Assembly: GCA_045541795.1 (NCBI GenBank)
Contig: JAZQJV010000018.1
Location: 197,134 to 261,133, forward strand
Origin: Patescibacteria group bacterium
Lineage (GTDB): Bacteria > Patescibacteriota > Microgenomatia > UBA1400 > PJMF01
Direction of reading: 5' to 3'
Length of the DNA stretch: 64,000 bases
Shown: positions 19,782-28,973 of the stretch, piece by piece
How positions within the stretch are numbered: the first letter of the stretch is position 1
Layout of the letters: the number at the start of each line of letters is the position of its first letter
Translations under genes and position numbers: made by a program
Notes under the pieces: model-generated
Told to the model about the DNA's origin: nothing
What the model saw: the letters and a program-made list of their open reading frames with translations, nothing else
Databases searched by the model: none

Positions 19782-19866
19782 TCGCTTGTCACCAAACTTC
19801 TTCCTCCAGTCATACTTTTGTTATATCTTACCACATTTTTGGCGTTTTTGGTGGTATAATTGCAGC

Positions 19867-21048
19867 ATGAATACACAAATCTCATGTCCCAATTGTCATT
19901 TTACCTTTGATGTGGACCAAGTACTGGCCCAAAATGCCGAAAACCGCATCCGCAGCGAACTTCAAGCCGCACATGAACGCGCTCTCCAGGAATCAGCCAA
20001 AAAACACGAGCAAGAACTAGCCGCACTCAAAACCAAGCTCACCGCTAGTGCCCGGCAAGCCGCAAAGGCCGAATACGAAGCCGCCCAAGCAGAGCTTGCT
20101 GACAGACTCAAAAACGCCGACGTCAAACTCCAAGCGCGTGATGAACAGCTAGAAAAACTCCGCCAACAAAACCTCGACTTCCTCCGGGAAAAAGAAAAAT
20201 GGGCCCAAGAAAAGCAAAACCTAGAACTCGAAAACCGCAAACAGCTCGCCGCCGAGCGGGATAAACTGACGGAACAAATTAGCAAAAAAGTCGAGCAAGA
20301 AAATCAGTTGCGCCTGGCAGAAAAAGACAAAAAACTGGCCGATGCCATGGCGGAAATGGCCGTGCTACGGCGCAAGCTAGAGCAAGGTTCTCAGCAATCC
20401 CAGGGAGAAGTACTGGAGCTGGCGCTAGAAGATCAGCTCCGGGAAGCTTTTGGTGATGACATCATCGAGCCGATAGGCAAAGGCGTCAATGGTGCCGATG
20501 TGCGCCAGCGCGTTTTTAATACCAAAGGCAGTGAGTGCGGCAAAATCATCTGGGAGTGCAAACGTACCAAAAATTGGACGGAAGGCTGGATCAGTAAGCT
20601 CAAAGATGATCAACGCCAAGAAAAAGCCGAACTCGCCGTCCTCACCACGACGCAAATGCCCAAAAACGTTGACAAAGACTTCACTTTTTACCAAGGGATC
20701 TGGGTCTGCAAGCCAGAACTGGCCACATTTGTGGCCACCTTACTGCGCTTCAATCTGATCCGGATCGGCTTTGTGCTCGACTCCCAAGAAAGCAAAGATG
20801 AAAAAGTCGAAGCCTTATACCGTTATCTCACCGGCCCTGAATTCAGCCAAAAAATCGAAAGTCAATACGACACCATCGCCGGCATGCGCGCCCAGCTCGA
20901 AAAAGAAAAAACATTTTGGAACCGGCATTTTGCCGAGCGCGAAAAACAAATTGAGGCGCTTAGCGCCAGTGTGGTCTCAATGTATGGCGGCTTGCAGGGT
21001 ATTACCAGGGGCGCTCTGCCCAGCGTCAAAAGTCTCGAGGGCGAGTAA
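19867..21048 (+). CDS. DUF2130-domain protein (N-terminal CxxC zinc ribbon, long coiled coil)
   Basis: MNTQISCPNCHF zinc ribbon, about 150 aa of coiled coil, and a C-terminal conserved domain typical of DUF2130. Confidence 0.6.
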   Translation: MNTQISCPNCHFTFDVDQVLAQNAENRIRSELQAAHERALQESAKKHEQELAALKTKLTASARQAAKAEYEAAQAELADRLKNADVKLQARDEQLEKLRQQNLDFLREKEKWAQEKQNLELENRKQLAAERDKLTEQISKKVEQENQLRLAEKDKKLADAMAEMAVLRRKLEQGSQQSQGEVLELALEDQLREAFGDDIIEPIGKGVNGADVRQRVFNTKGSECGKIIWECKRTKNWTEGWISKLKDDQRQEKAELAVLTTTQMPKNVDKDFTFYQGIWVCKPELATFVATLLRFNLIRIGFVLDSQESKDEKVEALYRYLTGPEFSQKIESQYDTIAGMRAQLEKEKTFWNRHFAEREKQIEALSASVVSMYGGLQGITRGALPSVKSLEGE

Positions 21049-21114
21049 ACATCCTCAAATTGCCTGCGCATTTGTCCCAAAACCGTGTTATAATACATAC
21101 TGTTCTTAAAAAAT

Positions 21115-21187
21115 GCCAACCTAGTCAAGGTGGTCACGACACGTGTCTGAAAAACACGGAATCTTGGTTCGATTCCAAGGGTTGGCA
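21115..21187 (+). tRNA. tRNA-Phe (anticodon GAA)
   Basis: Acceptor GCCAACC/GGTTGGC. Anticodon loop CTGAAAA. T-arm GGTTCGATTCC. Promoter TTGTCC...TATAAT at 21072-21095. Confidence 0.85.
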
Positions 21188-21306
21188 CAGCAAGGCGGAT
21201 CATGTCAACTCCAAAAAAATTTATCGACTGTACTCGAAATTTTCCCAAATTTCGTCAATTTATCGACTTGAGTCGTAATTTTTGCCGTCACCATCGTCTG
21301 GCAGCT

Positions 21307-22878
21307 CTCATGACTGTCTGGATCATTTTTGCCGCCGCTTGGGTCTGGCTCAGCCGCGCTCATGCCTTTAGCTTCAATTTCCACGACGAGACTGATCACG
21401 TGGCCGTGGGCTATTTCCTCTATCGTGATCACCTGCGCCTTTACCAAGATCTCATTACGATCCATCAGCCGCTACCAGTGCTAGTGGGCGGCCTGTTTGC
21501 GCTGCTAGTGCCTCACGCCACACTGTATGCTTTTATTTCCCGGCTGCGTCTGCTGATGGCTTTATTTTGGGCTGGTGCAGGCACCGTCCTGGTTTGGCGC
21601 TTTCGCGCCCGGGGGCTTGTCGCCAGTGTCATCACCTGTTTGCACGCCTTCCCATATTTTGGTTTTTTTGTCTTGGCCGAATCCCTCGTCTGGCCAGCAG
21701 TCGCTTATCTGATCCTAGCGATCGCTGAGCAGTGGTGGCCACCAGCTACTGCGGCCCGGCTGCAGCGCCCGCAAGACAGTATCATCTGGGGTGCGCTTTG
21801 CGGTTGGTTGATTTTTAATCTCTTGCCGCTGGCGCCGTTTATCATTGCGGCTACCATTATCTATGCCTGGCCTCGCCGCCAGGCCTGGCGGCGGGAAGTG
21901 TTGCTCGTTTTTGGCGGCTTTTTACTAGTGGCACTGCCCATCTTTTTACTAGTCAGCCCTGTCTCTTGGTTTCGCCAAACCATCGTCAACTTCACTCAGT
22001 ACTGGTCGGCAGACATCCAGTCGTCAGCGCCGGCGGCGCTCACTCATCTCGGCCTCTGGCTCACTTATCCCTTGGTATCGGGATTTATCAGCTATCGCTC
22101 ACCCAGTCTCCTCATTTGGGCGGTCTTGATCATCTACCCGCTGATAATTTCTTATACCCACTCACGCCAGCAAGGCCTGCGCGTGACACTGCTGTATGTA
22201 CTCGTCGTCTTGCTCAATAACCGCGTCAATACTCCGGCCGCCACTCTGTATGAAGGCTTTCATTTATTGCCGTATTTGGCCGGTCTGGCGGCCTTTAGTG
22301 CCGCTGTCTGGTGCGAGCTCTGGCCGCGTGCCACCCGCCGCATCCGCGCCGACGTCATCGTTTTGTCGCTTGTCGCCTCCGGCATTGTCGGCGCCTGGCT
22401 GATCCAAGGTGATGACCGCCAAGCCAAATATGAGATCTTATTTTTGCCGGAGCAGTCACTCATTAATGTCATCAATATCCTCAAAAAACCCGGCGATCGG
22501 CTCCTCACCGGCGAGGAAGGCTATGGTTACCTCAATCTGCTCACGGGTATTCCTTTTGCCGACCGGCAAAACTTTCACCTCTACTGGTCTTGGCGCTCGC
22601 CCGAATTGCGCCAGGATTTCCTCGATACCTTTGCCAAGCGCCCACCAGCCTTCGTCTACTTCCCCAATCACACCGGCCGCGGTATGCCGGATCTACTGCA
22701 TGAGACGATTCTCCCAAGCTTTTACGTGAGCATCACCAATCCCGGCGGTACACCGAGCGATCTTTTTTATCGCGCAGATTTGGCCGCCAGCCTCTCGGCC
22801 GCAGTGCGCGCTGATCTGGCCGCCACTTACTATGCTCTTGCGGCTGCCTCCAGCGCCAGCCAGCTGGCTGCCGACTAA
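21307..22878 (+). CDS. Polytopic membrane protein (about 12 TM), possibly GT-C-fold glycosyltransferase-like
   Basis: Many TM helices then a C-terminal soluble region. The ORF opens at 21202, but the 5-prime 100 nt contains direct repeats, so the ATG at 21307 is the more likely start. Confidence 0.5.
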   Translation, partial: LMTVWIIFAAAWVWLSRAHAFSFNFHDETDHVAVGYFLYRDHLRLYQDLITIHQPLPVLVGGLFALLVPHATLYAFISRLRLLMALFWAGAGTVLVWRFRARGLVASVITCLHAFPYFGFFVLAESLVWPAVAYLILAIAEQWWPPATAARLQRPQDSIIWGALCGWLIFNLLPLAPFIIAATIIYAWPRRQAWRREVLLVFGGFLLVALPIFLLVSPVSWFRQTIVNFTQYWSADIQSSAPAALTHLGLWLTYPLVSGFISYRSPSLLIWAVLIIYPLIISYTHSRQQGLRVTLLYVLVVLLNNRVNTPAATLYEGFHLLPYLAGLAAFSAAVWCELWPRATRRIRADVIVLSLVASGIVGAWLIQGDDRQAKYEILFLPEQSLINVINILKKPGDRLLTGEEGYGYLNLLTGIPFADRQNFHLYWSWRSPELRQDFLDTFAKRPPAFVYFPNHTGRGMPDLLHETILPSFYVSITNPGGTPSDLFYRADLAASLSAAVRADLAATYYALAAASSASQLAAD

Positions 22879-23062
22879 AATTGCCCCTTGCAAAATCTAA
22901 TTGCCGTGCTATAATATCGATGTTGGATTAAATGCGCCACCCCGGCGCTGCCAGTTTTACTGGTTCCCACAAGCGACGCCGGTCCTCCTCCATGCCGGCG
23001 TTTCGCTTTTTGCGGCAATTTGCTGGTAAATTTCCGCCAAAATCTGATATAATACAGCGTAT

Positions 23063-23136
23063 GCGTCGGTAACTCAGTTGGATAGAGTGTCTGCCTTCTA
23101 AGCAGAATGTCGCGGGTTCGAGCCCCGCCCGACGCA
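23063..23136 (+). tRNA. tRNA-Arg (anticodon TCT)
   Basis: Anticodon stem TCTGC/GCAGA. Loop CTTCTAA. T-arm GGGTTCGAGCCCC. Promoter with TGATATAAT at 23046-23054. Confidence 0.85.
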
Positions 23137-23245
23137 CCCGAGCTTCATTAGCAGACATGCAGCTAGACTGCTAAAAATCTACCCCACCATGAATATATTG
23201 ATACACCGGCATTATTTTCGCACTGTTCACAAAAAATACTCAATT

Positions 23246-23280
23246 TAAAAACCCGCCTTCGGGGAAAAGGCGGGCTTTTA
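23246..23280. terminator. Bidirectional rho-independent terminator (CCCGCCTTCGGGGAAAAGGCGGG)
   Basis: GC-rich hairpin flanked by an A-run and a T-run. Terminates the phosphohexomutase gene (-) and tRNA-Arg transcripts (+). Confidence 0.7.
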
Positions 23281-23295
23281 GCAACTCCAGTGACC

Positions 23296-24726
23296 TTAGT
23301 CAAAAGCGTGCGTATTCACGCCCTTGGTCCAGTCAATTTCCGCGTGAGCCTTGAGGATGTCGCGGATGATCTTTTTGAGGCTGTCGTATTCTTTTTTGGT
23401 CTTGCCTTCAAATTTGATCGTAATGTACGGCCCATTTTGTGACGCGCGTACAGTCACCATTTGTGTGGGCGTATCCATGCGGATACCATCAATAGTGTCG
23501 TAGTCGGCCTTGGGGAATTGTTTTTTGAGGTCGCCGGCAATCACTTCCTTGATGAACTTAAATTTGATGTCATCAGCCAGCCCGAGCTTAATTTCTGGAC
23601 TGGTAGTGTATTTTGGCAAACTGTCTACGGCCTCGCCCAAAGTCAGATCCTTGCGCTCCAGATAAGACAGCAAACGCAATGACGCGTACGCGGCATCGTC
23701 ATGACCAAAGAAATTATCATTAAAGAAAATGTGGCCCGAAAGCTCACCGCCAAATGGCGCATTAAGTTCTTTGATCTTGGCCTTGATGAAAGAGTGACCA
23801 GTAATCCACATTACCGGTTTGCCGCCACGCTTAGTGATGGTCTGGCTTACAGCCTTGGAGCACAAATTATTAAAGACAATCGGCGCGCCAGGCATCGTGT
23901 CGAGTACATCGTCGGCAAAAAGCGCCACCACGCTATCCATCCACAGTACCCGGCCAGCTTCATCTACCACCGCCATCCGGTCACCGTCGGCGTCGTAAGC
24001 CAAACCAATATCCGCTTCATGTTTGAGCACGCCTTCACGTAGCCGCTCCAGCACTTCTACTTCTGTGGGATCCGGCACGCCTAGCGGGAAATTGCCGTCT
24101 AGCTTACAGTTTTGCTCGATCACCTCACAGCCAGCAGCGTGCAAAATTTCCGGATAGAACTTACCACTGGTAGAATTACTGGCATCAATCACCACTTTCC
24201 AGCGTTTGTGCAGGCGGAAGTTTTTGAGGATCGTGCGCAGGTAAGAGTCAAAGATGTCTACCTTGTGATTGGGCGCGGGCGTGGGCGCAGTCACGAAGTC
24301 GGCCTTAGCTGTGAGCTCCCGGAAAGCCTGTACCTCTTCTGACAGCATCGTCTCCGAGTAACCCGTGCCCAGCTTCAAGCCGTTGTATTCACGCGGATTG
24401 TGAGAAGCGGTAATCATCGCGTAGCCTTTGGTCTTAAACTCATAAGCGGCAAAATACACCATTTGTGACAAAGCTAAGCCCATATCATAAGTCTCAATAC
24501 CGCCGTCATTTAGCCCTTGGATGAAGGCTTTTTTGTAGGCTTTGGAGGTGATGCGGTTGTCATGACCCACGGCCGCATCTACGATCCGATGCATTGACAG
24601 CCAAGTAGCATAAGCCCGTCCAAAAGTATAATAGACGTCCTCATTCAAATCTACATCCATGACGCCACGGATGTCATAGCCCCGGAAAATATGGGGATTA
24701 ATGTCGGTAACAATTTTGTAAGCCAT
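23296..24726 (-). CDS. Phosphomannomutase/phosphoglucomutase (alpha-D-phosphohexomutase)
   Basis: Active-site loop TASHNPREYNGLK, Mg-binding DADGDR and sugar-binding GGELSGH motifs. Confidence 0.8.
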   Translation of the reverse strand: MAYKIVTDINPHIFRGYDIRGVMDVDLNEDVYYTFGRAYATWLSMHRIVDAAVGHDNRITSKAYKKAFIQGLNDGGIETYDMGLALSQMVYFAAYEFKTKGYAMITASHNPREYNGLKLGTGYSETMLSEEVQAFRELTAKADFVTAPTPAPNHKVDIFDSYLRTILKNFRLHKRWKVVIDASNSTSGKFYPEILHAAGCEVIEQNCKLDGNFPLGVPDPTEVEVLERLREGVLKHEADIGLAYDADGDRMAVVDEAGRVLWMDSVVALFADDVLDTMPGAPIVFNNLCSKAVSQTITKRGGKPVMWITGHSFIKAKIKELNAPFGGELSGHIFFNDNFFGHDDAAYASLRLLSYLERKDLTLGEAVDSLPKYTTSPEIKLGLADDIKFKFIKEVIAGDLKKQFPKADYDTIDGIRMDTPTQMVTVRASQNGPYITIKFEGKTKKEYDSLKKIIRDILKAHAEIDWTKGVNTHAFD

Positions 24727-24860
24727 AAAAGCCTTCCTAATTACCAATTTGACCCATTATAACATAACTTTTACTATTTTTGGTGGCAATTTGCCCGCGC
24801 GCCGGCTCGTTTTTATGGTATAATAAAAGCTCTTAGCAAAAATTAATAAAGGAACGATTT

Positions 24861-25427
24861 ATGGCAACAGTCAACGGCGGTAATCTCAAAAAAGGCATGT
24901 ACATTGATTTTCGCGGCGCGCCACATCAAGTGACCAACACTCAATTTGTCTCGCCAGGCAAAGGCTCAGCTTTTACCCGGGCGAAGCTCAAAAACATCAC
25001 CACGGGCAACACCCTAGAGTTTACCTTCAAGACCAACGAAAACGTGGAACTGCTCGATGTCCCCAGCAGAGAGCTGACTTACTCTTATCATGATGATGAC
25101 GTGGTCGCCTTCATGGATATGCGCACCTACGAGCAATTTGAGATCAAAAGAGAACTCATCGGCGATGACGTCTATTACCTCACGCCAGACGTCAAAGTCT
25201 ACGTGATGTTTTTGGGTGATGAGCCCATTGGCGTCACCCTGCCGCCCAAAGTCAAGCTCAAAGTCACCGAAGCGCCCGAGGCCATCAAAGGTGATCGGGT
25301 GACCGCTGGCAAAAAACCAGTGGTGATGGAAACAGGTCTCACTGTCCAAGCGCCCATTTTCATCAAGACCGGCGAGACTTTACTCATTGATACTACTACC
25401 GGCGAATACGTTTCTCGGGCCAACTAA
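24861..25427 (+). CDS. efp: Elongation factor P
   Basis: Full-length EF-P (188 aa) with KGMYIDFRG...PGKGSAFTRAKLKN N-domain. Confidence 0.9.
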   Translation: MATVNGGNLKKGMYIDFRGAPHQVTNTQFVSPGKGSAFTRAKLKNITTGNTLEFTFKTNENVELLDVPSRELTYSYHDDDVVAFMDMRTYEQFEIKRELIGDDVYYLTPDVKVYVMFLGDEPIGVTLPPKVKLKVTEAPEAIKGDRVTAGKKPVVMETGLTVQAPIFIKTGETLLIDTTTGEYVSRAN

Positions 25428-26065
25428 TCACGGCCTGGTGATACCTTTTCCTCTGCCTCCAGCCAACCGTGCTGCCGACACAGAGTCTTGATCTGCGCCG
25501 CCAGGTCTGCAATGTTGCCAGTATTATCAAGCACGCTTGAAATTCTTGCCGTCTGGAGGAGTTTGTCTTGTGAGTGCTCCACCCGCATCTCAGCCTTTTG
25601 CCGGTCCCAGTGATATGCCGCTTGGGCGCGCTCAATCATCTGCTCACGGCTGGCGGTAATTTGCCACAGCTCATCCACCAGCGTAGCAAAACCGGCCGCC
25701 GCCAGATGGCTGCCGAGTACAAACACCACCCGTCTGCCTCTTTTGCCTTGGGCAAAAAGCCATATTTCCAAATTTTGCCGCACACGTGGCCACATGATTT
25801 GCTCGAGCCACGCCAGATCCTCTGGATGAGTAAAAACGTACCAGGCAAGCCGCTTTTTGTCCACACTCGCGTCTGGCAAAAACACATCCAGGCCAAAACG
25901 GCTTTGTAATATGTCTTTGACTTCCGCCGTCTCATAAAGCCGAGCCACGATCTGGTCACAGTCAATGACACTCAACCCTAGCTCGGCCAAAATCCGCCCC
26001 GCGGTGGATTTACCCGCGCCCATCATCCCCGTGATCCCAATTACTTGCATAAGGCAATTATACAC
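25424..26065 (-). CDS. coaE: Dephospho-CoA kinase
   Basis: P-loop IGITGMMGAGKST. The start may be the internal ATG at 26050. Confidence 0.8.
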   Translation of the reverse strand: MYNCLMQVIGITGMMGAGKSTAGRILAELGLSVIDCDQIVARLYETAEVKDILQSRFGLDVFLPDASVDKKRLAWYVFTHPEDLAWLEQIMWPRVRQNLEIWLFAQGKRGRRVVFVLGSHLAAAGFATLVDELWQITASREQMIERAQAAYHWDRQKAEMRVEHSQDKLLQTARISSVLDNTGNIADLAAQIKTLCRQHGWLEAEEKVSPGRD

Positions 26066-26101
26066 CCCAAACGCCAGAATTTGTGGTATAATAAGCGCTA
26101 T

Positions 26102-26184
26102 GCCCTGGTGGTGGAATGGTAGACACAGCAGACTTAAAATCTGCCGACCGCAAGGTCATGCGAGTTCGAGTCTCGCCTGGGGCA
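26102..26184 (+). tRNA. tRNA-Leu (anticodon TAA), long variable arm
   Basis: Anticodon stem GCAGA/TCTGC with loop CTTAAAA. Extra arm present. T-arm GAGTTCGAGTCTC. Confidence 0.85.
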
Positions 26185-26221
26185 CGAGGTTTCACGAAAT
26201 GCAAAATTAAAATCTTTTCAT

Positions 26222-26231
26222 CCCCCCCCCC
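26222..26231 (+). repeat. Homopolymeric C10 tract 10 bp upstream of the -35 box of the DGR target-gene promoter
   Basis: ccccccccccattttgcccc TTGACA(26242-26247)-N16-TACAAT(26264-26269). Confidence 0.8.
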
Positions 26232-26404
26232 ATTTTGCCCCTTGACACGCGCGGCTATTGTGCTACAATGATTTGGCATCCGTGAGTAGTAAGTAACGTA
26301 GAAAGTAAAAAATCCAAAAAAACGCTTCCAAAAATAAAATGATGTAAACCATCTTGCTGTAGATAACCAAGCTATCTGCGCGCCTTAGAGAGTAGAAAGG
26401 CATT

Positions 26405-27769
26405 ATGTATAGCAAATTTTTGGGGCGTTTGTTCCTCACGGCTAGTTTCATCCCGCTGGCCGTGGGGCGTGCTGCCGCCGCCTCCAGCACTACCACCACG
26501 ATGAAACTGATAGACACCCCGCTGGCTGCAGTGGTGGGTACGGGGGGACGCGTCAATCTCATCCGCACGGCAGATAACACTTGGCAAGCCACGGATAACT
26601 CCAACTGCCCAGACGGCGCTGCTTATCCCAACGGCACTGCTCACTGTTTTGCCGCCAAAGGTGATTACACCGCCGCCCAGGTCTATCAGTACTCCTGCCG
26701 CAAGCACACCTGCTCAGCCGATACCGTGTGGAATCCCGCCTCAGGCACCTGTATCCCGATCGTGGATTACGGCTGTACCCACACCAATAACTTCATGACA
26801 CTGCAAGACTGGGACGGCTGTAGTGCTCTGGCCACACCGGCCGCCGGCGGCAATAATTACACCGCTGGGCCGTGCTTGATCGACAATCGCGACGGCAAGA
26901 CGTACAATGTCCGCAAATTTGCCGACGGCAAATGCTGGCTGGCCAACAACTTGAAGTTTGGCGGCGATTATCACTACTGGCACAATATCAAAGGTCAGTC
27001 AGCTGATACCTGCGCGCTGCGGCTGGGCAGTAAGTGGCAGTCTGGCGGCTTCAACAATCTCTATACCAATCAGTCTGCGGCCAAGCCGCCCACCAATCGC
27101 TTCTGGCAAGGCTCTTACGGCGACTGCGTCTATCCGTACTCATCCACCTCTAGTAGTGATGCCAGCAATAAATACGGCTATCTTTACAACTGGATGGCAG
27201 CCGTACAGTCTCCTTGCGGCTGGTATAGTCAAGAATGTGATCCTGACGCCATGGCGACCAATACCGACGGCAAAGGCACCTACGGGACGCAAAAAATCCA
27301 AGGCATTTGTCCGGAAGGCTGGCATCTGCCCACGGGCGGTACTGGTGGCGAGTTTAATATCCTCACTGACCGGGTTGCTGGTATCACTGGTGGCAGTAGT
27401 CACTTGGCCGATGAGTCCAATACTGCCGGCGGTTGTTATACCAAAGGTAATACTACCTGTGGTATTTGGTCTGATACTAGCCGCAATGGTGGTAACGGTA
27501 GTTACGTTTTAACTTTCTTCAACCCTGGAGGAGGTTTTAATACTACTTATGCCGGCCGTACCAATTACATTGGTGAGTCTGGGGCTACAGAAACTACTGC
27601 CGTCGGCCTGATCTACCAGGGGTCGAACGCGCGCTATTGGTCCTCTACTGCTAGGTCTACTACCAACGCCTACGGCTTGGACGTGTACAGCTCGGGCGTG
27701 AGACCCCTAGGCTACCATCCGGGCGACAGCAAGTACTACGGCTTTTCGGTTCGCTGCGTGCTGGATTAG
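26405..27769 (+). CDS. Secreted Fibrobacter-succinogenes-major-paralogous (FISUMP/DUF1566-like) domain protein; DGR variable (target) protein
   Basis: Signal peptide. Motifs DNRDGKTYNVRKFADGKCWLANNL, YGYLYNWMAA, CPEGWHLPT and GFSVRCV match TIGR02145-type domains. The C-terminal 58 codons form the VR. Confidence 0.8.
   Translation: MYSKFLGRLFLTASFIPLAVGRAAAASSTTTTMKLIDTPLAAVVGTGGRVNLIRTADNTWQATDNSNCPDGAAYPNGTAHCFAAKGDYTAAQVYQYSCRKHTCSADTVWNPASGTCIPIVDYGCTHTNNFMTLQDWDGCSALATPAAGGNNYTAGPCLIDNRDGKTYNVRKFADGKCWLANNLKFGGDYHYWHNIKGQSADTCALRLGSKWQSGGFNNLYTNQSAAKPPTNRFWQGSYGDCVYPYSSTSSSDASNKYGYLYNWMAAVQSPCGWYSQECDPDAMATNTDGKGTYGTQKIQGICPEGWHLPTGGTGGEFNILTDRVAGITGGSSHLADESNTAGGCYTKGNTTCGIWSDTSRNGGNGSYVLTFFNPGGGFNTTYAGRTNYIGESGATETTAVGLIYQGSNARYWSSTARSTTNAYGLDVYSSGVRPLGYHPGDSKYYGFSVRCVLD
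27588..27764 (+). repeat. DGR variable repeat (VR) at the 3-prime end of the target gene
   Basis: About 175 bp matching TR (30483-30655). It differs at 18 positions, every one an adenine in TR. Confidence 0.9.
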
Positions 27770-27781
27770 GTTTCCGGTTTG

Positions 27782-27866
27782 GGGCGCGGCTGTGGACCCA
27801 CGACCGGCGGAGCTTATGCGCAGCCGAGGCGGCAGCTTGCTGCCAGCCACAGTGGGGACCGGCCGC
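27782..27866 (+). promoter_or_regulatory. GC-rich inverted-repeat/hairpin structure immediately 3-prime of VR (DGR homing-associated structure)
   Basis: ggcgcggctgtgg...ccacagtgggg...gccgcgcc imperfect long stem plus inner perfect hairpin GGCAGCTTGCTGCC. Confidence 0.6.
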
Positions 27867-27959
27867 GCCGGCCACCAAAAAAGTAGCTTGAGCAATAAAA
27901 ATTAATTAGAAAAAATTATAAATTATAAAGTAAATCAAACATCAAAAAAAAGGAATATT

Positions 27960-28946
27960 ATGACGACAAACTCCAAAAAAGCACCCATCAAAAATCAGGC
28001 CGCGCCGGCCAGCAACTCTGGCGTCGCCAAAAAAATCACCAGTGCGGGCGGCGAGCAAAGTGATCTTTTTGCCGGCATGGCTCTGCCGGAGGCGGCCAAA
28101 AAAGCCGAAGCTCGGGTCTTCAAGGTGGGCCTGAGTGCCAAAGAAAAAAAGACCGCCGCCAAAATCAAGGAAATCCGCAACCGCGACCACAAAATCGGCC
28201 TGATTGACGAGTGGATCGAGGCCGAAGACGCCAATTTTGACACGATCATCCTTCACAAAGAGTACGATATGTTTGTGGCTTTCAACCAAAGCGCTTATCA
28301 GCTGCGCGTCAAACTCCATCCTGGCCTCAAGCTCTACTTACAGCTCAACAAATACCGCCCCGAAGCCTTACGGGTGGCCTTGGGCAAAAATCAGCTGATA
28401 GACATCCGCCTGGCGGCCGAGGAAGCGGGCTTACAGATGCAAGAGTTCAAGGATGACAACCAAGAAGTGCAGACTATCATCATCTCCGGCCTCGCCACCA
28501 TCACCAGTGAAGAATTTAATAACTGGAAAGCCTCATACATTGCCAATATCGAAAAAGCCCAAGCTACCATCAAACCATTTTACGGCGACCTCAATATTTA
28601 CAAAAGTCTCATGGATCTATCCGTGATGGAAATGCACGCCGTGGGTAATTTCCCGCGTCACATCCGTGAGGTGATCGGCCCACAATTACTCTCACTAGTC
28701 ACGGCGGCCATCGCTCTCATCCGTGATGCCACCCTCAAAAAAGAAGACGAGCTGCCGCTGCCGCGCAAAATCGCTGTGGTGATGGAGCTGGAGAAAAATA
28801 TTGATCAGCAGGGATTTTTGCTACAGACATCTCTCAATCTCCAGGTGCTCAATACCGATAGCTTTGCCCGGCTCGCCAGTGTCATGGGTGAGCTCATCCA
28901 TCAGCTCACAGCCTGGAAATTATCCCTCAAAAAGAAACGGGCATAA
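27960..28946 (+). CDS. DGR accessory protein (328 aa; basic N-terminus, helical C-terminal region possibly Avd-like)
   Basis: Sits between VR and RT in the position usually occupied by avd, but is about 2.5 times longer than a canonical Avd. No recognisable enzymatic motif. Confidence 0.5.
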   Translation: MTTNSKKAPIKNQAAPASNSGVAKKITSAGGEQSDLFAGMALPEAAKKAEARVFKVGLSAKEKKTAAKIKEIRNRDHKIGLIDEWIEAEDANFDTIILHKEYDMFVAFNQSAYQLRVKLHPGLKLYLQLNKYRPEALRVALGKNQLIDIRLAAEEAGLQMQEFKDDNQEVQTIIISGLATITSEEFNNWKASYIANIEKAQATIKPFYGDLNIYKSLMDLSVMEMHAVGNFPRHIREVIGPQLLSLVTAAIALIRDATLKKEDELPLPRKIAVVMELEKNIDQQGFLLQTSLNLQVLNTDSFARLASVMGELIHQLTAWKLSLKKKRA

Positions 28947-28973
28947 GTAAAAAACACCGGTATATAGGCAAAA

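Noticed and set aside
22928-23158. 76-aa minus-strand ORF
   Set aside because: It entirely overlaps tRNA-Arg and the candidate sRNA; the tRNA fold is unambiguous.
26958-27512. 184-aa + strand ORF in an alternative frame of the FISUMP target gene
   Set aside because: Hydrophobic, low-complexity translation. The in-frame gene has strong domain motifs.
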